A DNA stretch of 64,000 nucleotides from Candidatus Omnitrophota bacterium (GTDB lineage: Bacteria > Omnitrophota > Gorgyraeia > Zapsychrales > Zapsychraceae). Position numbers and translations under genes: made by a program. Shown one piece after another: positions 37,882 to 47,941 of this stretch (the stretch's first letter is position 1; each line of letters starts with the position of its first letter). Below the pieces are notes generated by a model that worked only from the letters and a program-made list of their open reading frames with translations, was not told the origin of the DNA and searched no databases. The stretch lies in NCBI GenBank assembly GCA_028280285.1, contig JANQMA010000001.1, forward strand, positions 7,184 to 71,183, written 5' to 3'.

Positions 37882-39912
37882 TTATCTTAAAACAGCATGA
37901 AATTCTTCCATAATAGAAGAAAGTATTTTTTCGTGCACTTTATTAACTTCTTCTTCTGTTAATGTGCGTTTTTTATCCTGATAGGTCAATGAAAAAACAA
38001 GACCTCTTTGATCATTAGCAATTTTTTCCCCTAAATACTCTTCTTTAAAATAGATGTCGCTTAAAATCGGCTTGCCAAGTTGTCGCACTAAATTTTCTAT
38101 TTTTCCGAAATCTTGATCTTTTTTAACCGCAATGCTGACATCGCGCACAACAGCCGGATACTCTGCAATGGCATCATACCCATTTTTCTTAAGACCACAC
38201 ATATATACTTGCTCCATGCTTATTTCGCAAAAATACACATCGGCCTCCTTTATTCCAAACGTACGCAAAACATCGCCATCAACTTTTCCTATGTGTCCAA
38301 TAACCTTTGCTGATAAATGAATCGTTGCACTTTGACCTTTTTCATAAAAACTATTTTCCGTAGATACAAACGTAATTCCTTTGCCCAAATCCATGCATTC
38401 TAAAGCTTGTGTTAAAGCCCCTTTTAAATCATAAAAATCTACCGGTCTATTGCTTGCCGGGCGCCAGTCGGAAACATTGGTTCCCGTCATTAAAATAGCT
38501 AGTGTTTCTTCTTCTGCCTTAGGTGTGTACACTTTTCCTATTTCAAATATTTTTATATTTTTTTGCCCCCGATTAATATTAGTCGCGGCCACGGAAAGAA
38601 AACTTGGCAAAATCGACGGGCGCATTAGTTCTTGTTCTTTCGTCAGAGGATTAATAACGCGAAGTTGTTTTTTATCTATTTGTCCTGTTTGCCCGACCAA
38701 GTCTGCGTTATACATGGCATAGGTGACTGTTTCATCCAAACCTTCAGAAAGCAGCCGGTCTATCACTCTATTACGAATGGGCCGTCTTGGTTCTGAAGGA
38801 ATATTGCAAGATAAAATCGGAGGTAAACTTATAGGAATATTATCAAAGCCTATAATGCGCGCAATCTCCTCGATAAGATCAACCTCTCTTAAAATGTCTT
38901 GTCTAAAATGCGGTGATGCCACCTTAAGTTGCTTGGCAGCTTCGGAAACGGAAAATCCCAATTTTTTAAGTCCGGTTTTTATTTGTGCCTTGGTTGCCTT
39001 TGTTCCTAAATAATTATTTATCTGCTCAACGCTGAGTTTAACACTATTTCCTTTTTGTTGTGTTTTACTTATTTTGGCATCTTTGTATTTTGAAATTTTC
39101 CCGCCGGCATTTTCTAAAATGAGTTGTGTCGCCCGTTTGGATCCGTATTCAACGCCTTGATAGGCAACGCTTCTTTCAAAACGATAAGATGAATCACTCG
39201 ACAGCCCTAACTTACGTGATGTCTGGCGAATAAGAATCTGGTCAAAGTGTGCACTTTCAAGTAAAATGTTTTTAGTTGTCGCCGTTACTTCGGTTGCCGC
39301 GCCTCCCATAATCCCGGCAATGGCCACAGGTTTTTTGGCATCAGCAATGACAAGAATACTTTCATCGAGCTTGCGTTCAACGCCGTCAAGGGTCACAATT
39401 GTTTCGCCTTTTTTAGCACGGCGCACAATAATCTTCCCCCCTTCAAGCTTATCGTAATCAAACGCATGCAGCGGCTGCCCGTTCTCCATTAAGGAATAGT
39501 TCGTTATATCGACGAGGTTATTGATCGGTCTAAGGCCTATACTCGCAATCGCCTCTTTCATCCAAGCTGGAGCGCTCTTGACATTAACCCCCTCAATAAC
39601 AGTGCCTATATAACGCGTGCAGCCTTTGGTATCTTTAATCACAATATTGCAATTTGCTTTTTGCGTGGCTGTCTTTTTTACCTTTGGCAAAGTAAGCGGC
39701 TTATTGAGTATCGCCGAAATCTCACGGGCGATACCAATCATATTCAAACAGTCTGGACGGTTGGGCGTGATTTCTAGTTCAAGCACACAATCTTTGTTGG
39801 CCGAGACAACTTCCTCGACTTCAAGGCCCGCCATAGTCAATTTATGGACGAGTTGCTTGACGGAAATCCCGGGCTTAACGTAATTTTTAATCCAATTAAG
39901 TGATATTTTCAT
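37882..39912 (-). CDS. pheT: phenylalanyl-tRNA synthetase beta subunit (short form lacking the N-terminal OB tRNA-binding domain)
   Basis: 676 aa; B1 domain N-terminus runs directly into the B3/B4, B5, catalytic-like and anticodon-binding domains. Confidence 0.9.
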   Translation of the reverse strand: MKISLNWIKNYVKPGISVKQLVHKLTMAGLEVEEVVSANKDCVLELEITPNRPDCLNMIGIAREISAILNKPLTLPKVKKTATQKANCNIVIKDTKGCTRYIGTVIEGVNVKSAPAWMKEAIASIGLRPINNLVDITNYSLMENGQPLHAFDYDKLEGGKIIVRRAKKGETIVTLDGVERKLDESILVIADAKKPVAIAGIMGGAATEVTATTKNILLESAHFDQILIRQTSRKLGLSSDSSYRFERSVAYQGVEYGSKRATQLILENAGGKISKYKDAKISKTQQKGNSVKLSVEQINNYLGTKATKAQIKTGLKKLGFSVSEAAKQLKVASPHFRQDILREVDLIEEIARIIGFDNIPISLPPILSCNIPSEPRRPIRNRVIDRLLSEGLDETVTYAMYNADLVGQTGQIDKKQLRVINPLTKEQELMRPSILPSFLSVAATNINRGQKNIKIFEIGKVYTPKAEEETLAILMTGTNVSDWRPASNRPVDFYDLKGALTQALECMDLGKGITFVSTENSFYEKGQSATIHLSAKVIGHIGKVDGDVLRTFGIKEADVYFCEISMEQVYMCGLKKNGYDAIAEYPAVVRDVSIAVKKDQDFGKIENLVRQLGKPILSDIYFKEEYLGEKIANDQRGLVFSLTYQDKKRTLTEEEVNKVHEKILSSIMEEFHAVLR

Positions 39913-39925
39913 AGCATAAAATAAA

Positions 39926-40036
39926 CGATAACAGTGATAGAGTGATATTTATAAGTGAAACGATAATTGGTGGTAGAGTGATAATAATATCACTTTACCA
40001 CTCTATCACTACTATCACTTATATCGATAAACCTCT
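39926..40036. repeat. Intergenic GTGATAG-unit inverted repeat (family A, copy 2)
   Basis: acagtgatagagtgata ... ggtagagtgataataatatcactttaccactctatcactactatcact between pheS and pheT. Includes the hairpin agtgata-ataa-tatcact. Confidence 0.6.
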
Positions 40037-40049
40037 ATCGACTTCTTCT

Positions 40050-41060
40050 CTAAAATTGTCGCAAGAACCGTACATCATTTTCATAAAATGTCCGGATATC
40101 TTTAATCCCATATTTACACATAGCAATCCGCTCGACCCCAAGCCCAAACGCAAGGCCGGTATACTCGCCATCTTTATAGCCGGCTGCCTTAAACACATTG
40201 GGATGAACCATGCCACAGCCCATGATTTCGAGCCAATCTTTTTTGCCGCCCTTCCATGAAATATCCACCTCGGCCGACGGTTCGGTGAAAGGAAAGAAGT
40301 GTGGACGGAAACGCATCTTAATATCATCAGAAAATAAACGCTTAAGAAATACTTCGAGCAGTCCTTTAAGATCAGAAAATTTAATATTCTTATCCACAAC
40401 AAGGCCTTCTATCTGATGAAACATAAACGAATGGCTGGCATCCACGGCATCCGGGCGAAAAACCTTGCCCGGAACAAGAACCGCCATCGGTGGCTTGTAC
40501 TTTTGCATGATCCGCACCTGCGCCGGAGATGTTTGACTGCGCAAAAGCATGTTTTGCCCGGCATTGGTCTTATTTTTCATATCAACATAAAATGTGTCAA
40601 ACCCATCGCGCGAAGGATGATCTTTCGGAATATTTAACGCATCAAAGTTATAAAACTCCGATTCTATTTCCGGCCCTTCTTGAACAGAAAACCCCATCTT
40701 TTCAAAAATATCGCAGATTTCTTCAATGGTTTGTGTGATTAAATGTTTGTGTCCGGTCGAACGTGAAACGCCGGGAAGCGTTACATCAAGCTCTTTAATA
40801 GAGGAAGCCTTTTTGGTTTTTTTGATTTGATCTCTTTCACCGTCAATAAGGCCGGTAATTCTTGTCTTTAAAATATTGATATTTTTACCCAAGGCGGGCT
40901 TTTCTTCTTTGGAGGCCGTGGCAAGGGCCGCATACATATCGGCAAGTAACCCTTTGCGTCCTAAATACTTTATACGGAAAGCCTCTAAGTCCTTATCAGA
41001 GGCAACTGCACGGAGCTCCTCTTCTGCCTTTTGTGTAATTTGATCAAAATCCCAATTCAT
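40050..41060 (-). CDS. pheS: phenylalanyl-tRNA synthetase alpha subunit
   Basis: 336 aa; class II aaRS motifs. Confidence 0.93.
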   Translation of the reverse strand: MNWDFDQITQKAEEELRAVASDKDLEAFRIKYLGRKGLLADMYAALATASKEEKPALGKNINILKTRITGLIDGERDQIKKTKKASSIKELDVTLPGVSRSTGHKHLITQTIEEICDIFEKMGFSVQEGPEIESEFYNFDALNIPKDHPSRDGFDTFYVDMKNKTNAGQNMLLRSQTSPAQVRIMQKYKPPMAVLVPGKVFRPDAVDASHSFMFHQIEGLVVDKNIKFSDLKGLLEVFLKRLFSDDIKMRFRPHFFPFTEPSAEVDISWKGGKKDWLEIMGCGMVHPNVFKAAGYKDGEYTGLAFGLGVERIAMCKYGIKDIRTFYENDVRFLRQF

Positions 41061-41113
41061 AATTATCTTTCTTACCGGCGCATTATAACACCGATCACGG
41101 GCCTATCAAAGCC

Positions 41114-42562
41114 CTACCTTTTCCAGCTCGAGAAAATAAAGAGCATAAGAAAAGAATAAAGCTCCAAACGTCCGGCGAGCATTAAAAATATAAGCAACCA
41201 TTTCCCCGGCATAGAAACCCAGGCAAAGTTCTTTGTTGCTCCTATAGCATCCAAGCCCGGACCAATATTGCTCAGAGCCGAAATGGAAGCACTTGTTGCC
41301 GTTTCTAAACTACAGCCTTCAATGGCTAAAAATAAAATGGCTCCAATAAAAAACAAAAAGATAAAAATCGCAAAATAAGTCAGCACCGTTGAAACAACTT
41401 TTTCGGTAATGGCCTTATCGCTGATGCGTATCGGCATAACCGCGTTCGGCAGTGCTGCCTGAAAAACGGAGCGAAAAGAAATCTTAACCGCCAAAAGCAT
41501 GCGGATGATTTTCATGCCGCCTGCGGTCGATCCACCACACCCGCCAACAACCATCATCAACAGCATTAAAAAACGCAACGTGTTAGGCCACATATCAAAA
41601 TCGGCGGTTGTAAAACCGGTTGTTGTTAAAATAGAAACAACCTGAAAAACGCTTTCCCGTAAAGGCGCAACAGAGTAGTGTGTTGCATGAAGAATAACGC
41701 CGAACACCGCAATCAACAAAATAGTGGCCAATAAATAAACAATAAACTCTTCGTTTTTAAAATATTTGTTCGGTTTGCCGCGAATCGCTTGAAAATGCAG
41801 TGCAAAATTAATCCCTGCCAAAAACATAAAAACAATTGTCACCCATTGAATAAACGGACTAAACGCTCCCATGCTCGCATTGTGTGTCGAAAAACCTCCC
41901 GTCGACATTGTGGCGAATGTATGGCAAAGCGCTTCGAATACATCCATCCCTCCCGCCATAAACAGTGCAGCCAATAAAAGCGAAAGAGAAAGATAAATGA
42001 TCCATAAATTTTTAGCCGTCTCTTTAACACGTGGCTCGGACCGTTCAATGTTAAGCCCTGGAGCCTCGGCTTTATAAAGCTGAAAACCGCTTACTCCGAG
42101 GGCCGGTAGAATTGCCACATAAAGAACAATGATCCCCATGCCACCAATCCATTGCGTCAGACTTCGCCAAAATAAAATGCCACGCGGCAATACTTCAACG
42201 TCAGTAAAAATGGTCGCTCCTGTTGTCGTAAAGCCACTTACCGTTTCAAAAAATGCGTCTGTAAAGTGCGGTACAACCCCGCTTAAATATAAAGGAAGCG
42301 CTCCGAATAAAGAAAGAAAAACCCACGATAGGCCAACAATAGCCAACCCATCTTTCACGCTTACCTTTATTTTTTTGTTAATCCTGACTGAAAAAATAGC
42401 GATCAAAGAGACAAAAAAACCAAGACAAATGGTCTCGACAAACGCATTAACTTCCCGACTGTTGGGATTATCATAAAGGGCCCAGCCAAGCGGAATGAGC
42501 ATCACAAAACAAACAATTAAAAGGATCCGCGAAATTATATTAAAAACAAACCGTTTATGCAT
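41114..42562 (-). CDS. trkH: Trk-type K+ uptake membrane subunit
   Basis: 482 aa; TrkH/KtrB family polytopic protein. Confidence 0.88.
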   Translation of the reverse strand: MHKRFVFNIISRILLIVCFVMLIPLGWALYDNPNSREVNAFVETICLGFFVSLIAIFSVRINKKIKVSVKDGLAIVGLSWVFLSLFGALPLYLSGVVPHFTDAFFETVSGFTTTGATIFTDVEVLPRGILFWRSLTQWIGGMGIIVLYVAILPALGVSGFQLYKAEAPGLNIERSEPRVKETAKNLWIIYLSLSLLLAALFMAGGMDVFEALCHTFATMSTGGFSTHNASMGAFSPFIQWVTIVFMFLAGINFALHFQAIRGKPNKYFKNEEFIVYLLATILLIAVFGVILHATHYSVAPLRESVFQVVSILTTTGFTTADFDMWPNTLRFLMLLMMVVGGCGGSTAGGMKIIRMLLAVKISFRSVFQAALPNAVMPIRISDKAITEKVVSTVLTYFAIFIFLFFIGAILFLAIEGCSLETATSASISALSNIGPGLDAIGATKNFAWVSMPGKWLLIFLMLAGRLELYSFLMLFIFSSWKR

Positions 42563-42568
42563 AAGACA

Positions 42569-43915
42569 TTACTTAGTAAAAACCTGCTGGACTTTCTTTT
42601 GCGCCTCTTGTTGACAAAAAACAACCACTTTCTCCCCGGGCTTGATATGTGTATCTCCGTTCGCCAAATGAATTTCATTCGCCGAATAAACCGCGCCAAC
42701 AATTGCCCCTTTGGGAAATTTAATATCTTTGAGTGGGTGTTTGGTAACTGCTGCCCCTTCTTCGGCGACAAGTTCAAGCGCTTCAGCGTCACTTTCTGTC
42801 AGCTTGACAATAGCCCGGATATTTTTACCTCTGACAAGTTGTAATATATGTTCAGCCGCCAAATAATGCGGATTAATAATCGCGTCAATAACCAGTGTAT
42901 TAGCAATGCTCAAATAATCCGGCTGTTGCGTCATAATAATTGTCTGACGGGCGCCCATATTTTTGGCCAGAACAGAGCTAATTAAATTGGCATGATCATT
43001 ATTCGATGTGGCAATAAAAACATCGGCAGCATCAATACCTGATTCGGTTAAAATTTCAGCGTCCGACGCCGACCCATTAATCACCACCGCATGATCCAGC
43101 TCCTCGGCAATTTTGGAAGCCTTATCTGAATCTTCTTCTAAGATAACAACATTCTTAACTTTATCCGCCAGCTCCATCGCCACATGAAGCCCGGTAAATG
43201 TCGCTCCATAAATAACAACCTTTTTGGGCATCTTAATATCGGGATCAACAAAGGTAAGGAATTCTGCCATCGAGTAGGCCGGAAGCAAAACATAGATGTG
43301 ATCATTTTCCTCGATAACTGTGTCACCGCGTGGGATGATAACATTATCTTGCCTGACAACAGAAACGACCAGAAAAGGCCAGGGAAAATCTTCTTCGCCG
43401 AGTTCAAACACCTTTGCGCCATTAAGCGGTGAATCTTTTTTAATATCAAAACCGCGCAGCAAAATTTTTCCGTCGGCAAAATCAGCTACTTCTGTTGCCC
43501 CCGGGGTTTGAACTGTTTTAGCAATTGTCTCCGCCGCCACAAGCTCGGGATTGATCACCTCATTAACACCAAACTTATGATATCCGGAATCAACTAATGT
43601 GTCTCTTAACGCTGTGCTGCGTACGCGTGCAATACATCTCTTCGCGCCATAAAATTCCGCAAGCGAGCAGACAACCAGATTAACTTCATCTGACGTTGTT
43701 ACGGCTAAAACTAAATCTGCCTTTTCAACGCCTGCCTGCTTAAGTGTTTTAGGATCAGAGCCTGATCCCTTAACCATTTTAACATCAAGCTTATCAATAT
43801 ATTGACTGATCCTTTCCTGATTATTTTCGACCAGATAAACCTCATGATCTTCAGCAGAAAGTGATTTAGAAAGGTTGCGTCCGATCCGCCCGGCTCCCAC
43901 AATAACTATAAGCAT
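42569..43915 (-). CDS. trkA: Trk system NAD-binding subunit
   Basis: 448 aa; two tandem RCK N/C (TrkA_N GxGxxG MLIVIVGAGRIG) units. Confidence 0.88.
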   Translation of the reverse strand: MLIVIVGAGRIGRNLSKSLSAEDHEVYLVENNQERISQYIDKLDVKMVKGSGSDPKTLKQAGVEKADLVLAVTTSDEVNLVVCSLAEFYGAKRCIARVRSTALRDTLVDSGYHKFGVNEVINPELVAAETIAKTVQTPGATEVADFADGKILLRGFDIKKDSPLNGAKVFELGEEDFPWPFLVVSVVRQDNVIIPRGDTVIEENDHIYVLLPAYSMAEFLTFVDPDIKMPKKVVIYGATFTGLHVAMELADKVKNVVILEEDSDKASKIAEELDHAVVINGSASDAEILTESGIDAADVFIATSNNDHANLISSVLAKNMGARQTIIMTQQPDYLSIANTLVIDAIINPHYLAAEHILQLVRGKNIRAIVKLTESDAEALELVAEEGAAVTKHPLKDIKFPKGAIVGAVYSANEIHLANGDTHIKPGEKVVVFCQQEAQKKVQQVFTK

Positions 43916-43930
43916 TTTTGTCCTCGAATA

Positions 43931-44030
43931 GCAATTAAGGGGACATATTATTTCAATTAAGGGGACACAATACTTAATTCAATTACGAATTAAGTATTGT
44001 GTCCCCTTAATTGCTTTGTCCCCTTAATTG
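43931..44030. repeat. nested perfect palindrome (27-bp arms) flanked by CAATTAAGGGGACA repeats
   Basis: caattaaggggacacaatacttaattc (43953..43979), loop aattac, gaattaagtattgtgtccccttaattg (43986..44012). Outer copies of caattaaggggaca at 43931..43944 and its reverse complement at about 44017..44030. Located between rplT and trkA. Confidence 0.6.
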
Positions 44031-44053
44031 ATTTATTTATTGTCCGCTAATCA

Positions 44054-44449
44054 TTATGCGGTTGTTTTTTTGTCTGCAGCAGCTTTTTTTGGTTTCGATT
44101 CTGCCCCTTGTGCTACCTTAACCAGCTCTTTAAACGCATCCGGCGATGAAATAGCAAGTTCTGAAAGCACCTTACGGTTAACTTCGACATTTGCATCATC
44201 CAGACCTTTAATAAAACGGCTGTAATTAATGCCGTTTTCTTGGCACGCTGCGCTAATACGCACAATCCATAGACGTCTGAATTCACGTTTGCGCACCTTA
44301 CGGTCACGATATTCATAGGTCATGCCTTTGATAACAGACTTAATCGCTTGACGGTAGTTTGTGCTACGCTTGCCAAACTGTCCGCTGGCGGCTTTAAGCA
44401 CTTTTTTACGACGCGTCTTAGCTGCTATTGTTCCTCTAACTCTAACCAT
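44054..44449 (-). CDS. rplT: 50S ribosomal protein L20
   Basis: 131 aa; L20 family. Confidence 0.93.
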   Translation of the reverse strand: MVRVRGTIAAKTRRKKVLKAASGQFGKRSTNYRQAIKSVIKGMTYEYRDRKVRKREFRRLWIVRISAACQENGINYSRFIKGLDDANVEVNRKVLSELAISSPDAFKELVKVAQGAESKPKKAAADKKTTA

Positions 44450-44639
44450 AAGGCAATAGCCTCCTTATTCTTTTTGCTTCACATTCCGATAAATATGAGC
44501 TCTTACGTAACTTGCGTTTCGTCTTACGAGACATTTTACCAAGAATGTGTCCCCGATTGGCGCTGCGTTTTTTGATCTTTCCGCTTTTGGTGATCTTGAA
44601 ACGTTTCGCCGCTGATTTATTTGTTTTTAACTTCGGCAT
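44442..44639 (-). CDS. rpmI: 50S ribosomal protein L35
   Basis: 65 aa; MPKLKTNKSAAKRFK. Confidence 0.93.
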   Translation of the reverse strand: MPKLKTNKSAAKRFKITKSGKIKKRSANRGHILGKMSRKTKRKLRKSSYLSECEAKRIRRLLPYG

Positions 44640-44733
44640 TTTAAGCTCCCTTTTTGGCTAATCATTCTTCGCACGTGTATTCATGCGCTCAGCTCACCTC
44701 AATCAGGCCCCTACAACCTTTGAGAAAAGCATT

Positions 44734-45291
44734 TTATTCTTTTGCTTCGGGCTCTTCTGGTTTTTTCTTAACTATCTTTTCTGACACAGGATTAAAAAGA
44801 ACAAACATGGTCCGTCCTTCTTGAGACGGCGCTTTATCAGGAATGCCTATTCCTTCTAAATCCTTTATCATTTTTTCTAAAACTTTACGTCCGAGCTCAC
44901 GATGCATCATTTCGCGGCCACGGAACATTAAATTAACTTTAAGCTTATCTTTCTTCTCTAAAAAGGCAATGGCCTGCTTTAATTTTATCTGATAATCGCC
45001 ATCACCGATACGCGGCTTAAGGCGAATTTGTTTTAGTTGTGAAACATGTTGATTCTTTTTTATACGTCTTTCTTTTTTCTCTTGATCATATTTATATTTA
45101 CTATAATCCATTATGCGGCAAACAGGTGGTTTTGCCGTCGGTGCTATTTCAACCAAATCAAGTTCATGCTCTTGTGCTAAATCGAGTGCGCGCTTTAACA
45201 CTACTACACCTAACTGCTCTGCATCCGGGCCGATAACCCTCACTTCCGCCGCTTTAATACGATCATTAATACGTGTAAACTTTTGAATAAT
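44734..45291 (-). CDS. infC: translation initiation factor IF-3, with a probable AUU start codon
   Basis: Frame is open upstream of the GTG used by the track. SD AGGAGGTGG, then ATT ATT CAA AAG (IIQKFTRINDRIKAAEVRVIGPDAEQLGV) matches the conserved IF3 N-terminus. The AUU start is the known autoregulatory feature of infC. Confidence 0.7.
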   Translation of the reverse strand: MIQKFTRINDRIKAAEVRVIGPDAEQLGVVVLKRALDLAQEHELDLVEIAPTAKPPVCRIMDYSKYKYDQEKKERRIKKNQHVSQLKQIRLKPRIGDGDYQIKLKQAIAFLEKKDKLKVNLMFRGREMMHRELGRKVLEKMIKDLEGIGIPDKAPSQEGRTMFVLFNPVSEKIVKKKPEEPEAKE

Positions 45292-45302
45292 GCCACCTCC
45301 TA

Positions 45303-47033
45303 TTAGGATTTATTATTAATTTCTTCGGTGATTTTCGTTTTAAACACCTCAACGTTCATCGCACCTAGATCACCTTCATCGTAATGTCTTACAGCAACCG
45401 CGCCATCTTTAGCCTCCTGGTCACCAATAACCAAAATATACGGCACTTTTTGAACCGTGGCTTCACGAATACGCTTCCCAAGGCTCTCATTTCTGCTGTC
45501 AATTATAGCGCGTATATCCTGTGTTTGTAAATCTTCTTTTACCTGCTCAGCATACGCCGCATGTTTATCCGCAATCGGTATAATTTTCACCTGTGTCGGC
45601 GCAAGCCACACAGGAAATGCTCCAGCATAATGCTCAATAAGTGTCCCAAAGAAGCGTTCAACGCTGCCGAGTATAGCACGATGGATCATAATGGGTTGCC
45701 TTGGTTGTCCGTCTTCGGCCACATAGGACATATCAAATCTCTTTGGCAGAGAAAAGTCGCATTGTATCGTTGCGCATTGCCATTCCCGGTTCAAAGCATC
45801 TCTCAACTTAATATCAATTTTCGGACCGTAAAATGCCCCGTCACCTTCATTTATTTCATACGCAATTTCTTTATCCTTTAAAGCATCCTTCAAAGCTTTT
45901 GTTGCCATTTCCCAATCTTCATCAGATCCAATGTATTTTTCAGGTTTTGTGCTCAGTTCAATCGCAATATCTTTAAAACCAAAATCATTCATCACATCAT
46001 ACATAAAATCTATCATATCCATAACTTCTGTTTTAACCTGATCTTCGCGGCAAAACACATGCCCATCATCTTGTGTAAATCCTCTTACGCGTAAAAGTCC
46101 GTGCAAAACGCCGGCTTTTTCTTGACGATAAACCGTTCCAAGTTCTGCATAACGAATTGGTAAATCACGGTAGGAACGTATCTTCGATTTATAGATCATG
46201 ATATGCCCCGGGCAATTCATCGGCTTAACCGCATACTGCTCGCCGTCAATATCGAGCCAATACATATTTTCCTTATAATTTTCCGCGTGCCCGCTAATCT
46301 CCCAAAGATTGCCTTTCAAAATATGTGGCGTAACAACTAAGTCATACCCGCGCTTAATATTTTGATTTTCAATATATTCTTCGATCAGCTTTCTTAATAT
46401 TGCTCCTGCGGGATGGAAAAACACAAGCCCTGCGCCGGCCTCATTATGATAAAAATCAAACAACCCCAACTGTGGTCCAAGTTTACGGTGATCGCGTTTT
46501 TTTGCTTCTTCAAGCATTGTCAAATGCTCGTCGAGCTCTTCTTTAGAGAAAAAGGCTGTTCCATAAATTCTCTGCAGTTGTGCCTTGGATTCATCGCCGC
46601 GCCAATAGCTGCCGGCAACGGATAAAAGTTTAAACGCCTTTATCTCGCCCGCGTTGTCAACGTGCGGTCCTTTACACAGATCCATCCATTCATCGCCCGT
46701 ATGATAAATCGATACTTCTGCATCTTCTAAATTTTCAATGAGCTCTACTTTAAATTCTTCGCCTTTGCTTTTAAAAAAATCAATGGCTTCGGCTTTTTTC
46801 ATTGAACTCTGCGTGAAAGCAGGTTTACGTTCAATGATCTTCTTCATGCGCTTTTCGATTTTACGCAAATCCGTATCTGTAAACGGTTCGTCTTTTTGAA
46901 AATCATAATAAAACCCGTCTTCAATCGCCGGACCGATTGTTACCTTAGTCTCAGGCCAAAGCTCCTGCACGGCCTGCGCCATAATATGCGCACAACTGTG
47001 TCTTAACTTATCAATGTCTCTTGAGTAGTCCAT
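45303..47033 (-). CDS. thrS: threonyl-tRNA synthetase (lacks the N-terminal TGS domain)
   Basis: 576 aa; starts in the editing domain (HSCAHIMAQAV); class II motifs and a C-terminal anticodon-binding domain. Confidence 0.9.
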   Translation of the reverse strand: MDYSRDIDKLRHSCAHIMAQAVQELWPETKVTIGPAIEDGFYYDFQKDEPFTDTDLRKIEKRMKKIIERKPAFTQSSMKKAEAIDFFKSKGEEFKVELIENLEDAEVSIYHTGDEWMDLCKGPHVDNAGEIKAFKLLSVAGSYWRGDESKAQLQRIYGTAFFSKEELDEHLTMLEEAKKRDHRKLGPQLGLFDFYHNEAGAGLVFFHPAGAILRKLIEEYIENQNIKRGYDLVVTPHILKGNLWEISGHAENYKENMYWLDIDGEQYAVKPMNCPGHIMIYKSKIRSYRDLPIRYAELGTVYRQEKAGVLHGLLRVRGFTQDDGHVFCREDQVKTEVMDMIDFMYDVMNDFGFKDIAIELSTKPEKYIGSDEDWEMATKALKDALKDKEIAYEINEGDGAFYGPKIDIKLRDALNREWQCATIQCDFSLPKRFDMSYVAEDGQPRQPIMIHRAILGSVERFFGTLIEHYAGAFPVWLAPTQVKIIPIADKHAAYAEQVKEDLQTQDIRAIIDSRNESLGKRIREATVQKVPYILVIGDQEAKDGAVAVRHYDEGDLGAMNVEVFKTKITEEINNKS

Positions 47034-47083
47034 AAATGAGCTCCAAACTCAGCCCTTCTCAAACCTTTTTATAGAAGACTAGC

Positions 47084-47160
47084 TGGTGGACCCGACAAGA
47101 TTCGAACTTGTGACCCCTACCATGTCAAGGTAGTACTCTAACCAACTGAGCTACGGGTCC
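47084..47160 (-). tRNA. tRNA-Val (anticodon GAC), CCA encoded
   Basis: Cloverleaf GGACCCGTAGCTCAGTTGGTTAGAGTACTACCTTGACATGGTAGGGGTCACAAGTTCGAATCTTGTCGGGTCCACCA. Confidence 0.9.
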
Positions 47161-47186
47161 AGATAACTATTACCTAACGTCTAAAA

Positions 47187-47270
47187 TGGGCGAGGTGGGA
47201 CTTGAACCCACACGACCTTGCGGCCACAAGATTTTAAGTCTTGCGTGTCTACCAATTCCACCACCCGCCC
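47187..47270 (-). tRNA. tRNA-Leu (anticodon TAA), long variable arm
   Basis: GGGCGGGTGGTGGAATTGGTAGACACGCAAGACTTAAAATCTTGTGGCCGCAAGGTCGTGTGGGTTCAAGTCCCACCTCGCCCA. Confidence 0.88.
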
Positions 47271-47286
47271 CTACATCTTTTAAACC

Positions 47287-47361
47287 TGGAGGCGACGATC
47301 GGAATCGAACCGATGAATAAAGGCTTTGCAGGCCTCCGCCTTACCACTTGGCTACGTCGCC
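47287..47361 (-). tRNA. tRNA-Cys (anticodon GCA), CCA encoded
   Basis: GGCGACGTAGCCAAGTGGTAAGGCGGAGGCCTGCAAAGCCTTTATTCATCGGTTCGATTCCGATCGTCGCCTCCA. Confidence 0.9.
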
Positions 47362-47378
47362 ATAAAATAAAAGAACAA

Positions 47379-47927
47379 TTAATTAAGTACTTTACAGGCG
47401 GCCTCAACAATATCGTCAACCTCGACCAAATGCCCCGTCCCGTAATCACCGCACGCAAGCTCGCCTTCAATCGGATCAATAAAAGTCATGCCGGCCGACT
47501 TAAGCTTATCCTTATTTTCCCGAAAAAATTTATTATTGTACATCTGTGTATTCATCGCCGGCGCCAGGACAATAGGTGCCTTTGTCGCCATGACAATGCA
47601 ACTTAACAAATCATCGGCCAAACCATTGGCAATCTTTCCGACAATGTTGGCTGTCGCCGGTGCAATTAGAACTAAGTCAGCATCGCGTGCCAAATCAATA
47701 TGCGGCATCTCTCCTGCCGGAGAACCATCATCAAATAATTCTGTAAAAACCTCTTGGTCGGATAGGCTTTTTAAAGTCAAAGGGGTTATAAAGTGTTCGG
47801 CTGATTTTGTCATAACAACCGAAACCTTAAACCCCTTTTCTTTTAAACGCCTTAAAATATCTGCAGACTTATAGGCCGCAATACTTCCCGTAACACCTAA
47901 AACAATATGTTTATTATTCTCTGTCAC
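47379..47927 (-). CDS. coaC: phosphopantothenoylcysteine decarboxylase flavoprotein (standalone CoaC)
   Basis: 182 aa; flavoprotein fold (LGVTGSIAAYKSADILRRL) like the N-terminal half of Dfp/CoaBC. No CoaB domain follows; tRNA-Cys is 18 nt downstream. Confidence 0.8.
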   Translation of the reverse strand: MTENNKHIVLGVTGSIAAYKSADILRRLKEKGFKVSVVMTKSAEHFITPLTLKSLSDQEVFTELFDDGSPAGEMPHIDLARDADLVLIAPATANIVGKIANGLADDLLSCIVMATKAPIVLAPAMNTQMYNNKFFRENKDKLKSAGMTFIDPIEGELACGDYGTGHLVEVDDIVEAACKVLN

Positions 47928-47941
47928 GGCTCATCACGCTC

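Noticed and set aside
39942-40402. 105-aa (+) and 127-aa (-) ORFs over the pheS 3' end and family A repeat
   Set aside because: Overlap a repeat element and the conserved pheS coding frame.
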